Of a stretch of 64,000 bases of DNA, positions 8,171-16,704 are shown one piece after another. The stretch is taken from NCBI RefSeq assembly GCF_046105845.1, contig NZ_CP151004.1, one strand, 5' to 3'. The translations under genes and the position numbers were made by a program. The stretch's first letter is position 1. Each line of letters opens with the position of its first letter. The stretch comes from Escherichia coli (lineage in GTDB: Bacteria > Pseudomonadota > Gammaproteobacteria > Enterobacterales > Enterobacteriaceae). Below the pieces are notes generated by a model. That model searched no databases. It was not told the DNA's origin and worked only from the letters and a program-made list of their open reading frames with translations.

Positions 8171-8289
8171 CCCGTGCATATCGGTCACGAACAAATCTGA
8201 TTACTAAACACAGTAGCCTGGATTTGTTCTATCAGTAACCGACCTTATTCCTAATTAAATAGAGCAAATCCCCTTATTGGGGGTAAGAC

Positions 8290-8613
8290 ATGAAGATGCC
8301 AGAAAAACATGACCTGTTAGCCGCCATTCTCGCGGCAAAGGAACAAGGCATCGGGGCAATCCTTGCGTTTGCAATGGCGTACCTTCGCGGCAGATATAAT
8401 GGCGGTGCGTTTACAAAAACAGTAATCGACGCAACGATGTGCGCCATTATCGCCTGGTTCATTCGTGACCTTCTCGACTTAGCAGGACTAAGTAGCAATC
8501 TCGCTTATATAACGAGCGTGTTCATCGGCTACATCGGTACTGACTCGATTGGTTCGCTTATCAAACGCTTCGCTGCTAAAAAAGCCGGAGTAGAAGATGG
8601 TGGAAATCAATAA
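8290..8613 (+). CDS. S: Class I holin/antiholin S (dual-start S107/S105)
   Basis: 107 aa, [39 protein letters not shown]... It matches lambda S, including the Met1-Lys2-Met3 dual start. Confidence 0.95.
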   Translation: MKMPEKHDLLAAILAAKEQGIGAILAFAMAYLRGRYNGGAFTKTVIDATMCAIIAWFIRDLLDLAGLSSNLAYITSVFIGYIGTDSIGSLIKRFAAKKAGVEDGGNQ

Positions 8614-9073
8614 TCAACGTAAGGCGTTCCTCGATATGCTGGCGTGGTCAGAGGGAACAGATAACGGACGACAGAAAACCAGAAATCATGGTTATGACGT
8701 CATTGTTGGCGGAGAGCTATTCACTGATTACTCCGATCACCCTCGCAAACTTGTCACGCTAAATCCAAAACTCAAATCAACAGCAGCCGGGCGCTATCAG
8801 CTTCTTTCCCGTTGGTGGGATGCCTACCGTAAGCAGCTTGGCCTGAAAGACTTCTCTCCCAAAAGCCAGGACGCTGTTGCGCTGCAGCAGATTAAGGAAC
8901 GTGGCGCTTTGCCGATGATTGATCGCGGTGATATTCGTCAGGCTATCGACCGTTGCAGCAATATCTGGGCTTCACTGCCGGGCGCTGGCTATGGCCAGTT
9001 CGAGCATAAGGCTGACAGCCTGATTGCAAAATTCAAAGAAGTTGGCGGAACGGTCAGAGAGATTGAGGTATGA
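8597..9073 (+). CDS. R: Endolysin R (lytic transglycosylase, lambda-type)
   Basis: 158 aa, [39 protein letters not shown]... It matches lambda R. Confidence 0.95.
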   Translation: MVEINNQRKAFLDMLAWSEGTDNGRQKTRNHGYDVIVGGELFTDYSDHPRKLVTLNPKLKSTAAGRYQLLSRWWDAYRKQLGLKDFSPKSQDAVALQQIKERGALPMIDRGDIRQAIDRCSNIWASLPGAGYGQFEHKADSLIAKFKEVGGTVREIEV

Positions 9074-9537
9074 GCAGAGTAACCGCGATTATCTCAGCTC
9101 TGGTTATCTGCATCATCGTTTGCCTGTCATGGGCTGTTAATCATTACCGTGATAACGCCATCGCCTACAAAGAACAGCGTGATAAAAAAGTCAGTGAGCT
9201 GAAGCAGGCGACCGCCACCATTACTGACATGCAGCAACGCCAGCGTGCTGCTGATGCACTCGATGCTAAATACACGAAGGAGTTAGCTGATGCGAAAGCT
9301 GAAAATGATGCTCTTCGGCGCAAGCTTGATAATGGTGGCAGGGTGCTCGTCAAAGGAAAATGCCCTGTGCCATCCTCAGCCGAAACCTCCGGCGCCTCCG
9401 GCATGGGCAATGATGCCACCGTCGAACTCTCTCCAGTTGCTGGACGAAACGTTCTCGGTGTCCGGGACGGAATTATCCGCGACCAAACAGCACTGAGAAC
9501 GCTTCAGGAATACATCAGGACGCAATGCCTTCGATGA
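9070..9537 (+). CDS. Rz: i-spanin Rz (lambda-like N-terminal half, divergent C-terminal half)
   Basis: 155 aa. [31 protein letters not shown] and [22 protein letters not shown] resemble lambda Rz. From about residue 85 on it does not. Confidence 0.9.
   Translation: MSRVTAIISALVICIIVCLSWAVNHYRDNAIAYKEQRDKKVSELKQATATITDMQQRQRAADALDAKYTKELADAKAENDALRRKLDNGGRVLVKGKCPVPSSAETSGASGMGNDATVELSPVAGRNVLGVRDGIIRDQTALRTLQEYIRTQCLR
9290..9496 (+). CDS. Rz1: o-spanin Rz1 (embedded, +1 frame)
   Basis: Lipobox LIMVAGC followed by the proline-rich tract [11 protein letters not shown]. It lies entirely within Rz. Confidence 0.8.
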   Translation: MRKLKMMLFGASLIMVAGCSSKENALCHPQPKPPAPPAWAMMPPSNSLQLLDETFSVSGTELSATKQH

Positions 9538-9710
9538 TAGCGATAATTTTACTCATCATCCTTCACATCTGGCTCTGTAGACAGGGTGGTGAACACTTCT
9601 GGAGTGAATCCAGATTAAACATCTCATTGCTGATGCTTGATATTGAGCATCTGGCGCGCGGTAAGGGGCTGCGTTGAGATAAGAGCCAGTCATTACAAAT
9701 ACCAGGATTT

Positions 9711-9736
9711 AGCCTCGCATTTGCGGGGCTTTTTTA
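9711..9736 (+). terminator. Rho-independent terminator
   Basis: AGCCTCGC-ATTT-GCGGGGCT followed by TTTTT. Confidence 0.7.
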
Positions 9737-9880
9737 CATCTGCAGTAAACCGCGCATCGCAGCGCGTAACAATCCCGAGTCTTTCAGAAAGCTGAGCCTG
9801 AGAACTGCCGTATATGGTGGCGACCATCTCGGGGCGGCTTTTCTGTGCGAACAGGCTCATCTTTCTAAAAGGTAAACGCT

Positions 9881-10366
9881 ATGAATAACTTTGTTGAAAT
9901 TACCTCAAGAATTGGTCGCATGTACCAAGATTTTCTTATAAGTGGAAAGGGGTCTGGCGACATCATAGAGGAAATTGACAAGCTAAGTGCAGAGCTGAGA
10001 AGGAATGGGTGTGTTAATTCTATCTTTTTTGAAACTTTGCTAAAGCAAGGCTTCATGTTTGACATGATTAATTACAACAAAGTCGCACCCAGTGCTTCGC
10101 AAAAATCATATGTGTACGTTCTGCATGCTGAAGATAGTGGGCTAACAAAAATAGGGTTTAGTCGCAGGGTTAATAAACGAATTTCAGAGATATCTCGCAT
10201 GAGTGGTGGGAAGCTAAATCTAATTGCAAAGATTCCGGCCGATAGAGAGCTTGAAACCAAATTGCACCAAAAATATTACAACTATAGGTCGCACGGGGAG
10301 TGGTTTAGTCTCAATCGTTGTCATTTGAAAGAGCTAAAAGAAATGCCTGGTAACGAACTGAAATAA
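9881..10366 (+). CDS. T5orf172 / GIY-YIG-superfamily domain protein (accessory gene)
   Basis: 161 aa. The C-terminal half YVYVLHAEDSGLTKIGFSRRVNKRISEISR...KLHQKYYNYRSHGEWFSL fits the T5orf172 (MUG113-like) pattern. The N-terminal ~65 aa are unassigned. Visibly AT-richer than flanking genes. Confidence 0.7.
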   Translation: MNNFVEITSRIGRMYQDFLISGKGSGDIIEEIDKLSAELRRNGCVNSIFFETLLKQGFMFDMINYNKVAPSASQKSYVYVLHAEDSGLTKIGFSRRVNKRISEISRMSGGKLNLIAKIPADRELETKLHQKYYNYRSHGEWFSLNRCHLKELKEMPGNELK

Positions 10367-10542
10367 TCCCCGGACTCACTAATTAACGGCAGTACAGCGA
10401 AACGACCCAAGCCAGTAAGTGGGGAAATAACACTGGCAGCCACTGAAAGATGAACCTCCTGCCTTATGGCAAAAAAGATTCTTTGTGGCGGCGGACTGAT
10501 GGAAGGACATCCTAATTTCAGCCAAACATTGAAGGAGTTGTT

Positions 10543-10614
10543 ATGTCAGCAGAAGGTTTCAATAACCCATCAAAATTCCGGGATGAGTGGGATAGCAGCG
10601 TAAAGAGTAAGTGA
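10543..10614 (+). CDS. Possible 23-aa micro-ORF
   Basis: MSAEGFNNPSKFRDEWDSSVKSK. AAGGAG lies 5 nt upstream of the ATG. There is no other support. Confidence 0.25.
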   Translation: MSAEGFNNPSKFRDEWDSSVKSK

Positions 10615-10719
10615 TGCCATCACAAAAGCCATTCCCTACAGAGTGGCTTTGATAATGGCTTATACCCTACACGGGATAACTTAACTGATATCCCTTTTAA
10701 CGGATAAACGGAGCCAACA

Positions 10720-10962
10720 ATGGCAGAGATTATTCCCATGACTGAAGAACAGAAATTCCAGTTAGAGATTTACAAACTGGTCATGAACCAGAACGCAGCC
10801 GCAGAAGAAGCATTTCAGTTCATTGGCACTGACGAACTGAAGCTTGAGCTATTCAAAATTCACTTCCAGTCAGGCGGCGCTAATTCAGATATCACGACCC
10901 GCACTATCGAAGCGGTGCGTAAATCGAAGGAAGCGTTAGACCTGTTCACTACCGGAGCATGA
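10720..10962 (+). CDS. Hypothetical 80-aa protein (same size and position as P22 orf80, from memory)
   Basis: ORF-track protein with a GGAG-type RBS (ACGGAGCCAACAATG), in the lysis-to-terminase interval. Confidence 0.6.
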   Translation: MAEIIPMTEEQKFQLEIYKLVMNQNAAAEEAFQFIGTDELKLELFKIHFQSGGANSDITTRTIEAVRKSKEALDLFTTGA

Positions 10963-10964
10963 TG

Positions 10965-11143
10965 TGAGCCGCGTAATCAATTTGGGTAAGGAGAAGAAAT
11001 TCCCAATTACTCAAGAGCTATACGAGAGGCTGGAAAGCGTCATCCATGATTACGATGGTGAAATCAGTTTATGCGAGGCGATTGGTACACTCGAATTGCT
11101 GAAGCAGTCACTGATTGAAGGCGCGAAAGAGTCCTTAACCTGA
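10965..11143 (+). CDS. Hypothetical 59-aa protein (P22 orf59a-like by size and position)
   Basis: Hand-translated from a GTG 2 nt after the previous stop: VSRVINLGKEKKFPITQELYERLESVIHDYDGEISLCEAIGTLELLKQSLIEGAKESLT. Just below the ORF-track cutoff. Confidence 0.45.
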
Positions 11144-11168
11144 AATAACGATTAAGTGAGATGAATAT

Positions 11169-11195
11169 GGCAGCACTCAACATGCTGCCTTTTAT
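11169..11195. terminator. Bidirectional hairpin terminator between convergent units
   Basis: GGCAGCA-loop-TGCTGCC with a T-run on the + strand. It sits between the + strand small ORFs and the - strand two-gene unit. Confidence 0.6.
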
Positions 11196-11206
11196 CGTTG
11201 ATTAGT

Positions 11207-11446
11207 TTAACCGCGAGCTTCACGACCGTTTTCGTCTTCAGGCACACGGAAACGCCAGTACTTGTCTGGCTTAACCCAAACGACATCATTGCCACTATCA
11301 ACTCTAAATGCATTTATAACTTTGGTTGAAAGTACTTGGTTGCCATCTGCATTTTCTTTCAGGTGCTGCTCATTACCTGTCTTTATCAGGTAATCGACAA
11401 CATCTTGTTGATAAAGGCATCTGTCAGTTACTAATGCGGACATCAT
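11207..11446 (-). CDS. Hypothetical 79-aa protein
   Basis: ORF-track protein, second gene of the reverse-strand unit. I recognise no family. Confidence 0.55.
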   Translation of the reverse strand: MMSALVTDRCLYQQDVVDYLIKTGNEQHLKENADGNQVLSTKVINAFRVDSGNDVVWVKPDKYWRFRVPEDENGREARG

Positions 11447-11490
11447 CCACTTTGTTATATCAGCAACTTTTAAATGAGACGCGCTTGGGC

Positions 11491-11703
11491 TTATGGCTTT
11501 GGGTTTGTGTCCGTTAAAGACTCTTCAGCAAAGTGTCCTTTCTCAAGTTTTTTCCCTGCAAACCATTGGCATGTGTATGTTCCAGTAAAAGAACCTCCGT
11601 ATTCGTGGATTTCGTATACAGACATCTCAGGACCGCCTGATTTCAAATATACGGAATCGCCAATTTTAAATAACGCTTTTCTTACAGTTGAAGATTTGCT
11701 CAT
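11491..11703 (-). CDS. YodC/DUF2158-like small protein
   Basis: 70 aa. FKIGDSVYLKSGGPEMSVYEI...CQWFAGKKLEKGHFAEESL parallels E. coli YodC (VKEGGPRMIVTG...CRWYDG...REAFHETEL). AAGGTGA RBS. Confidence 0.65.
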   Translation of the reverse strand: MSKSSTVRKALFKIGDSVYLKSGGPEMSVYEIHEYGGSFTGTYTCQWFAGKKLEKGHFAEESLTDTNPKP

Positions 11704-11729
11704 AACTAATCACCTTCATAAGAGAAAAC

Positions 11730-12257
11730 ATGGCACTCACCGACAAGCAAGAGATGTTCTGTCGCGAGTACCTCATCGATTTAAATGCCACGCAAGCGGC
11801 TATTCGGGCGGGGTACAGCGCAAAGACAGCTAACCGTACCGCATCCGAAAACCTGTCAAAACCTGACATCAAGTTAAGAATCTCCGAACTGAAAGCGCAA
11901 CGCAATGATCTTGTTGGTATTAATGCAGAATATGTACTTAACCGCCTTATTGAAATCGACCAGATGGATGTGCTCGACATTCTCCTGCAAAACGGTGAGT
12001 TAAAGCCCATTAAAGACTGGCCTAAGGTATGGCGCACAACGCTATCAGGAATGGATGTCGTGGAGATGGTATCCGCAGATAGTGCCGCACTTCTGAAGAA
12101 AATCAAATGGCCTGATAAGGTCAAAAACCTCGAACTTCTTGGTAAGCATGTTTCCGTTCAGGCATTTAAAGAACAAGCTTCTCACGAGCTAACCGGTAAA
12201 GACGGCGGCGCAATCCAGATTGAAACATCACCGATGAGCACTCTATTCGGAAAATGA
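11730..12257 (+). CDS. Terminase small subunit (Terminase_2-type N-terminus, Sf6 gp1-like C-terminal tail)
   Basis: 175 aa. MALTDKQEMFCREYLIDLNATQAAIRAGYSAKTA is the common P27-type TerS DNA-binding motif. The C-terminus GKDGGAIQIETSPMSTLFGK matches the remembered Sf6 gp1 tail. Confidence 0.85.
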   Translation: MALTDKQEMFCREYLIDLNATQAAIRAGYSAKTANRTASENLSKPDIKLRISELKAQRNDLVGINAEYVLNRLIEIDQMDVLDILLQNGELKPIKDWPKVWRTTLSGMDVVEMVSADSAALLKKIKWPDKVKNLELLGKHVSVQAFKEQASHELTGKDGGAIQIETSPMSTLFGK

Positions 12258-13666
12258 CCTCGATTAATCCTATCTTTGAACCGTTCATTGAGGCGCATCG
12301 CTACAAAGTCGCCAAAGGCGGTCGAGGTAGCGGTAAGTCATGGGCAATTGCGAGGCTGCTTGTTGAAGCGGCGCGCCGGCAGCCTGTGCGCATCCTCTGT
12401 GCTCGTGAACTGCAAAACAGTATCAGCGATTCGGTAATCCGGTTGCTTGAAGACACCATAGAGCGGGAAGGGTATTCGGCTGAGTTTGAAATTCAGCGTT
12501 CCATGATTCGTCATCTCGGAACGAATGCCGAATTCATGTTCTACGGCATCAAAAACAACCCGACAAAGATTAAATCGCTCGAAGGTATTGATATCTGCTG
12601 GGTGGAGGAAGCGGAAGCGGTAACGAAGGAATCGTGGGATATCCTGATACCAACCATCCGTAAGCCGTTCTCTGAAATATGGGTAAGCTTCAACCCGAAA
12701 AACATCCTCGACGATACCTATCAGCGATTCGTCGTAAACCCTCCTGATGATATTTGTCTGCTGACGGTGAACTACACCGACAACCCGCACTTTCCTGAAG
12801 TTCTCCGTCTGGAGATGGAAGAGTGTAAACGCAGAAATCCGACACTGTATCGTCACATCTGGCTTGGTGAGCCAGTAAGCGCAAGTGATATGGCAATCAT
12901 CAAACGTGAATGGCTTGAAGCCGCAACCGATGCGCACAAGAAACTCGGATGGAAAGCGAAAGGCGCTGTTGTCTCTGCGCATGACCCGTCAGATACAGGA
13001 CCAGATGCTAAAGGTTATGCATCGCGTCACGGTTCGGTAGTTAAGCGCATTGCCGAAGGTCTGCTGATGGACATCAACGAGGGTGCTGACTGGGCTACTT
13101 CGCTGGCGATTGAAGACGGCGCTGACCACTACCTGTGGGATGGTGATGGTGTTGGTGCTGGGCTACGCAGACAGACAACGGAAGCGTTCTCCGGCAAGAA
13201 AATCACCGCCACGATGTTCAAGGGCAGCGAATCGCCATTCGATGAAGATGCTCCGTATCAGGCCGGAGCATGGGCTGATGAAGTCGTACAGGGCGACAAC
13301 GTTCGCACTATTGGCGATGTATTCCGCAATAAGCGAGCGCAATTCTATTACGCGCTCGCTGACAGGCTGTATCTGACATATCGGGCGGTTGTTCACGGTG
13401 AGTATGCAGACCCCGACGACATGCTGAGTTTCGACAAAGAAGCGATAGGCGAGAAGATGCTGGAGAAGCTGTTTGCAGAACTGACGCAGATTCAGCGCAA
13501 ATTCAATAACAACGGGAAGCTGGAGCTAATGACTAAGGTCGAAATGAAGCAGAAGCTCGGCATTCCATCTCCTAACCTGGCTGATGCGCTAATGATGTGT
13601 ATGCATTGCCCGGCATTGGTCCGCGAAGAAACTGAAATATACGTTCCCTCATCCTCCGGTTGGTAA
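12254..13666 (+). CDS. Terminase large subunit (Sf6 gp2-type)
   Basis: 470 aa. Walker A KGGRGSGKS, followed by a nuclease domain. Matches remembered Sf6 gp2 in size and sequence. Confidence 0.95.
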   Translation: MTSINPIFEPFIEAHRYKVAKGGRGSGKSWAIARLLVEAARRQPVRILCARELQNSISDSVIRLLEDTIEREGYSAEFEIQRSMIRHLGTNAEFMFYGIKNNPTKIKSLEGIDICWVEEAEAVTKESWDILIPTIRKPFSEIWVSFNPKNILDDTYQRFVVNPPDDICLLTVNYTDNPHFPEVLRLEMEECKRRNPTLYRHIWLGEPVSASDMAIIKREWLEAATDAHKKLGWKAKGAVVSAHDPSDTGPDAKGYASRHGSVVKRIAEGLLMDINEGADWATSLAIEDGADHYLWDGDGVGAGLRRQTTEAFSGKKITATMFKGSESPFDEDAPYQAGAWADEVVQGDNVRTIGDVFRNKRAQFYYALADRLYLTYRAVVHGEYADPDDMLSFDKEAIGEKMLEKLFAELTQIQRKFNNNGKLELMTKVEMKQKLGIPSPNLADALMMCMHCPALVREETEIYVPSSSGW

Positions 13667-13668
13667 AC

Positions 13669-15795
13669 ATGGCTGAGACATTAGAGAAAAAACATGAGCG
13701 GATCATGCTCAGGTTTGACCGCGCCTATTCTCCACAGCAGGAAGTGCGCGAAAAGTGCATTGAAGCTACGAGGTTTGCTCGTGTCCCCGGAGGTCAATGG
13801 GAAGGAGCAACGGCGGCTGGAACTAAGCTTGATGAGCAGTTCGAGAAGTATCCTAAGTTTGAAATCAATAAGGTAGCAACTGAACTTAACCGCATCATTG
13901 CAGAATACCGCAATAACAGAATCACCGTTAAGTTTCGTCCTGGTGACAGAGAGGCAAGCGAAGAGTTAGCCAATAAATTAAATGGTCTGTTCCGTGCTGA
14001 CTACGAAGAAACTGATGGCGGTGAGGCTTGCGATAATGCATTTGACGACGCTGCTACTGGTGGTTTCGGTTGCTTCCGTTTGACGTCGATGCTGGTCAAT
14101 GAATACGACCCCATGGACGATCGTCAGCGTATTGCTATTGAACCAATATACGACCCGTCGCGCTCTGTGTGGTTTGACCCTGACGCTAAGAAGTACGACA
14201 AATCTGACGCGTTGTGGGCGTTCTGCATGTATTCGTTGTCACCTGAAAAATATGAGGCTGAATACGGAAAGAAACCTCCTGCTTCTCTGGATGTAACGTC
14301 TATGACCAGTTGGGAATATGACTGGTTTGATGCAGATGTTATTTACATAGCGAAGTATTACGAAGTTCGTAAAGAGTCTGTTGACGTCATCAGTTATCGA
14401 CATCCAATCACTGGAGAGATTGCAACATACGACAGTGATCAGGTTGAAGATATTGAAGATGAACTGGCAATAGCTGGATTTCAGGAAGTGGCAAGGCGCT
14501 CAGTGAAGCGCCGTCGTGTGTATGTATCCGTAGTGGATGGTGATGGTTTCCTTGAGAAACCTCGACGTATTCCTGGTGAGCATATCCCCCTCATCCCGGT
14601 TTATGGAAAACGCTGGTTCATTGATGACATTGAGCGTGTCGAAGGACATATTGCAAAAGCAATGGATCCACAGCGTTTGTATAACCTTCAGGTATCAATG
14701 CTGGCTGATACTGCAGCGCAAGACCCCGGTCAGATCCCTATAGTTGGCATGGAGCAAATTCGTGGACTTGAGAAGCACTGGGAGGCTCGCAACAAGAAAC
14801 GCCCAGCGTTCTTGCCGTTGCGCGAAGTGAGAGATAAATCTGGCAACATTATCGCTGGAGCTACCCCGGCAGGATATACACAGCCTGCGGTTATGAATCA
14901 GGCATTGGCTGCATTACTACAGCAAACCAGTGCTGATATTCAGGAGGTTACAGGCGGCAGTCAGGCCATGCAGCAGATGCCAAGTAATATTGCTCAGGAA
15001 ACGGTTAACAACTTGATGAACAGAGCAGATATGGCTTCGTTTATCTATCTGGACAATATGGCGAAAAGTCTTAAACGCGCTGGTGAAGTATGGCTGTCAA
15101 TGGCGCGTGAAGTGTACGGTTCAGAGCGTGAAGTGCGCATCGTTAACGAAGATGGAAGTGATGATATCGCTGTCCTGAGCGCACAGGTTGTTGACAGGCA
15201 AACAGGGGCTGTTGTTGCGTTAAATGACCTTTCTGTCGGTCGATACGATGTGACGGTTGATGTTGGACCAAGCTACACAGCACGACGTGATGCAACGGTT
15301 TCTGTACTGACAAATGTCCTTAGCTCTATGCTTCCAACAGACCCAATGCGCCCGGCAATTCAGGGTATTATTCTGGACAATATCGATGGCGAAGGCCTTG
15401 ATGACTTCAAAGAGTACAACCGAAACCAACTGCTGATATCTGGTATTGCAAAACCACGCAATGAGAAAGAGCAGCAGATTGTTCAACAGGCGCAAATGGC
15501 AGCACAAAGCCAGCCAAATCCTGAAATGGTTCTCGCTCAGGCGCAAATGGTAGCAGCGCAGGCAGAAGCGCAAAAAGCAACTAACGAAACCGCTCAAACT
15601 CAAATCAAAGCATTTACTGCCCAGCAGGATGCGATGGAGAGTCAGGCAAACACTGTCTATAAACTGGCTCAAGCCAGAAACATCGATGACAAAGCAGTGA
15701 TGGAGGCAATACGCCTTCTGAAAGATGTCGCCGAGTCACAACAACAGCAATTCCAGTCACCACCACAGTCACCGGCAGACTTAATGCCGAGTTAA
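13669..15795 (+). CDS. Portal protein (P22 gp1 / Sf6 gp3 family)
   Basis: 708 aa from the ATG at 13669 (the ORF track begins at a TTG at 13660). Gln/Ala-rich C-terminal barrel helix. Lies after terL. Confidence 0.95.
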   Translation: MAETLEKKHERIMLRFDRAYSPQQEVREKCIEATRFARVPGGQWEGATAAGTKLDEQFEKYPKFEINKVATELNRIIAEYRNNRITVKFRPGDREASEELANKLNGLFRADYEETDGGEACDNAFDDAATGGFGCFRLTSMLVNEYDPMDDRQRIAIEPIYDPSRSVWFDPDAKKYDKSDALWAFCMYSLSPEKYEAEYGKKPPASLDVTSMTSWEYDWFDADVIYIAKYYEVRKESVDVISYRHPITGEIATYDSDQVEDIEDELAIAGFQEVARRSVKRRRVYVSVVDGDGFLEKPRRIPGEHIPLIPVYGKRWFIDDIERVEGHIAKAMDPQRLYNLQVSMLADTAAQDPGQIPIVGMEQIRGLEKHWEARNKKRPAFLPLREVRDKSGNIIAGATPAGYTQPAVMNQALAALLQQTSADIQEVTGGSQAMQQMPSNIAQETVNNLMNRADMASFIYLDNMAKSLKRAGEVWLSMAREVYGSEREVRIVNEDGSDDIAVLSAQVVDRQTGAVVALNDLSVGRYDVTVDVGPSYTARRDATVSVLTNVLSSMLPTDPMRPAIQGIILDNIDGEGLDDFKEYNRNQLLISGIAKPRNEKEQQIVQQAQMAAQSQPNPEMVLAQAQMVAAQAEAQKATNETAQTQIKAFTAQQDAMESQANTVYKLAQARNIDDKAVMEAIRLLKDVAESQQQQFQSPPQSPADLMPS

Positions 15796-15808
15796 CCAGG
15801 AGTAATCA

Positions 15809-16693
15809 ATGGAAAACGAACTGATCATCGACGGTCAGGTTATTGACCTGTCTGAAACACAGGAAAATGCAGAAGAAACCATCATCCAAACAGAGTCACA
15901 GCCTGAGAATGAAAGCCAGGATGACAACGGAAAAGAGATGGCAACTGATCCTGAAAAAACCGAAGAGACACCAGAAGATTACGCCTTGCGTATTGGTGAT
16001 GAAGAAATTCAGCTTAACGCTGACGATGATGATCACATTGACGGGCAGCCTGCACCGCAATGGGTGAAAGATCTTCGCAAAGGCTTCAAAGAAACACAGA
16101 AAGAAAACCGTGAGTTGCGCCGCCAGCTTGAGGAAGCATTAGCCAAGCCTGCGGAACATCAGCAACCACAACCAGACGCTATTCCACCAAAACCGACTCT
16201 TGAGTCGTGTGATTATGACGAACAGGCGTTTGAACAGGCATTGACTGATTGGCATGAGAAAAAAGGCCGTGTCGAACAGCAGCAGCAACAAAAACTACGT
16301 CAGCAACAGGAATACCAACAGCGTTTCCAGCAAAGGGTAGAAGCGCATAAACAACGGGCAGCCAAACTTCCTGTGAAAGATTATCAGGAAATGGAGGCCA
16401 TTGTTCTTAGTGAGCTACCACCAATTCAGCAGGAAATCATCATTCACTGTGCAGATGAAGGCTCTGAACTACTCGCCTATGGCTTAGGTAAGAGCCAGCA
16501 ATTACGCCAGCGTGTAGCCGCTGAGACAGATCCAATTCGCGCAGCATTCCTCTTGGGGCAGATTAGCAAACAGGTAAGCCTTGCTCCAAAACCAAAGAAA
16601 GCCATCAAGCCAGAGCCGGAAGTACGTGGTGGCGGTGCTGATGCGAAACAAGACGAATTCAACAAATTATGCCCCGGCGCAAAAATCGAATAA
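15809..16693 (+). CDS. Scaffolding protein
   Basis: 294 aa, acidic N-terminus and Gln-rich helical core. Lies between portal and coat. Confidence 0.85.
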   Translation: MENELIIDGQVIDLSETQENAEETIIQTESQPENESQDDNGKEMATDPEKTEETPEDYALRIGDEEIQLNADDDDHIDGQPAPQWVKDLRKGFKETQKENRELRRQLEEALAKPAEHQQPQPDAIPPKPTLESCDYDEQAFEQALTDWHEKKGRVEQQQQQKLRQQQEYQQRFQQRVEAHKQRAAKLPVKDYQEMEAIVLSELPPIQQEIIIHCADEGSELLAYGLGKSQQLRQRVAAETDPIRAAFLLGQISKQVSLAPKPKKAIKPEPEVRGGGADAKQDEFNKLCPGAKIE

Positions 16694-16704
16694 GGAAAAG
16701 ATAA

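Noticed and set aside
9696-9860. 55-aa minus-strand ORF (MSLFAQKSRPEMVATIYGSSQAQLSERLGI...) with an HTH-like stretch, between Rz and the T5orf172 gene
   Set aside because: It runs through the 9711-9736 terminator hairpin, has no convincing RBS and is below the size cutoff. It may be a remnant of a displaced gene (rha-like slot), but this cannot be supported from the sequence alone.
12338-12982. 214-aa ORF antisense to the large terminase gene. The same applies to other long antisense ORFs: 20531-21256, 51311-52225, 52050-52649, 52481-53074, 58018-58983, 15220-15672, 54844-55251.
   Set aside because: Each lies wholly inside a confidently identified gene on the opposite strand. They have odd, Arg/Ser/Cys-rich low-complexity composition and no RBS. 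These are typical shadow ORFs of GC-balanced coding DNA.
16240-16340. CAG/CAA-rich tract (poly-Gln) in the scaffolding gene, considered as a slippage-prone or regulatory repeat
   Set aside because: It is in frame, imperfect and part of the helical Gln-rich scaffold core. Nothing suggests a function beyond coding.
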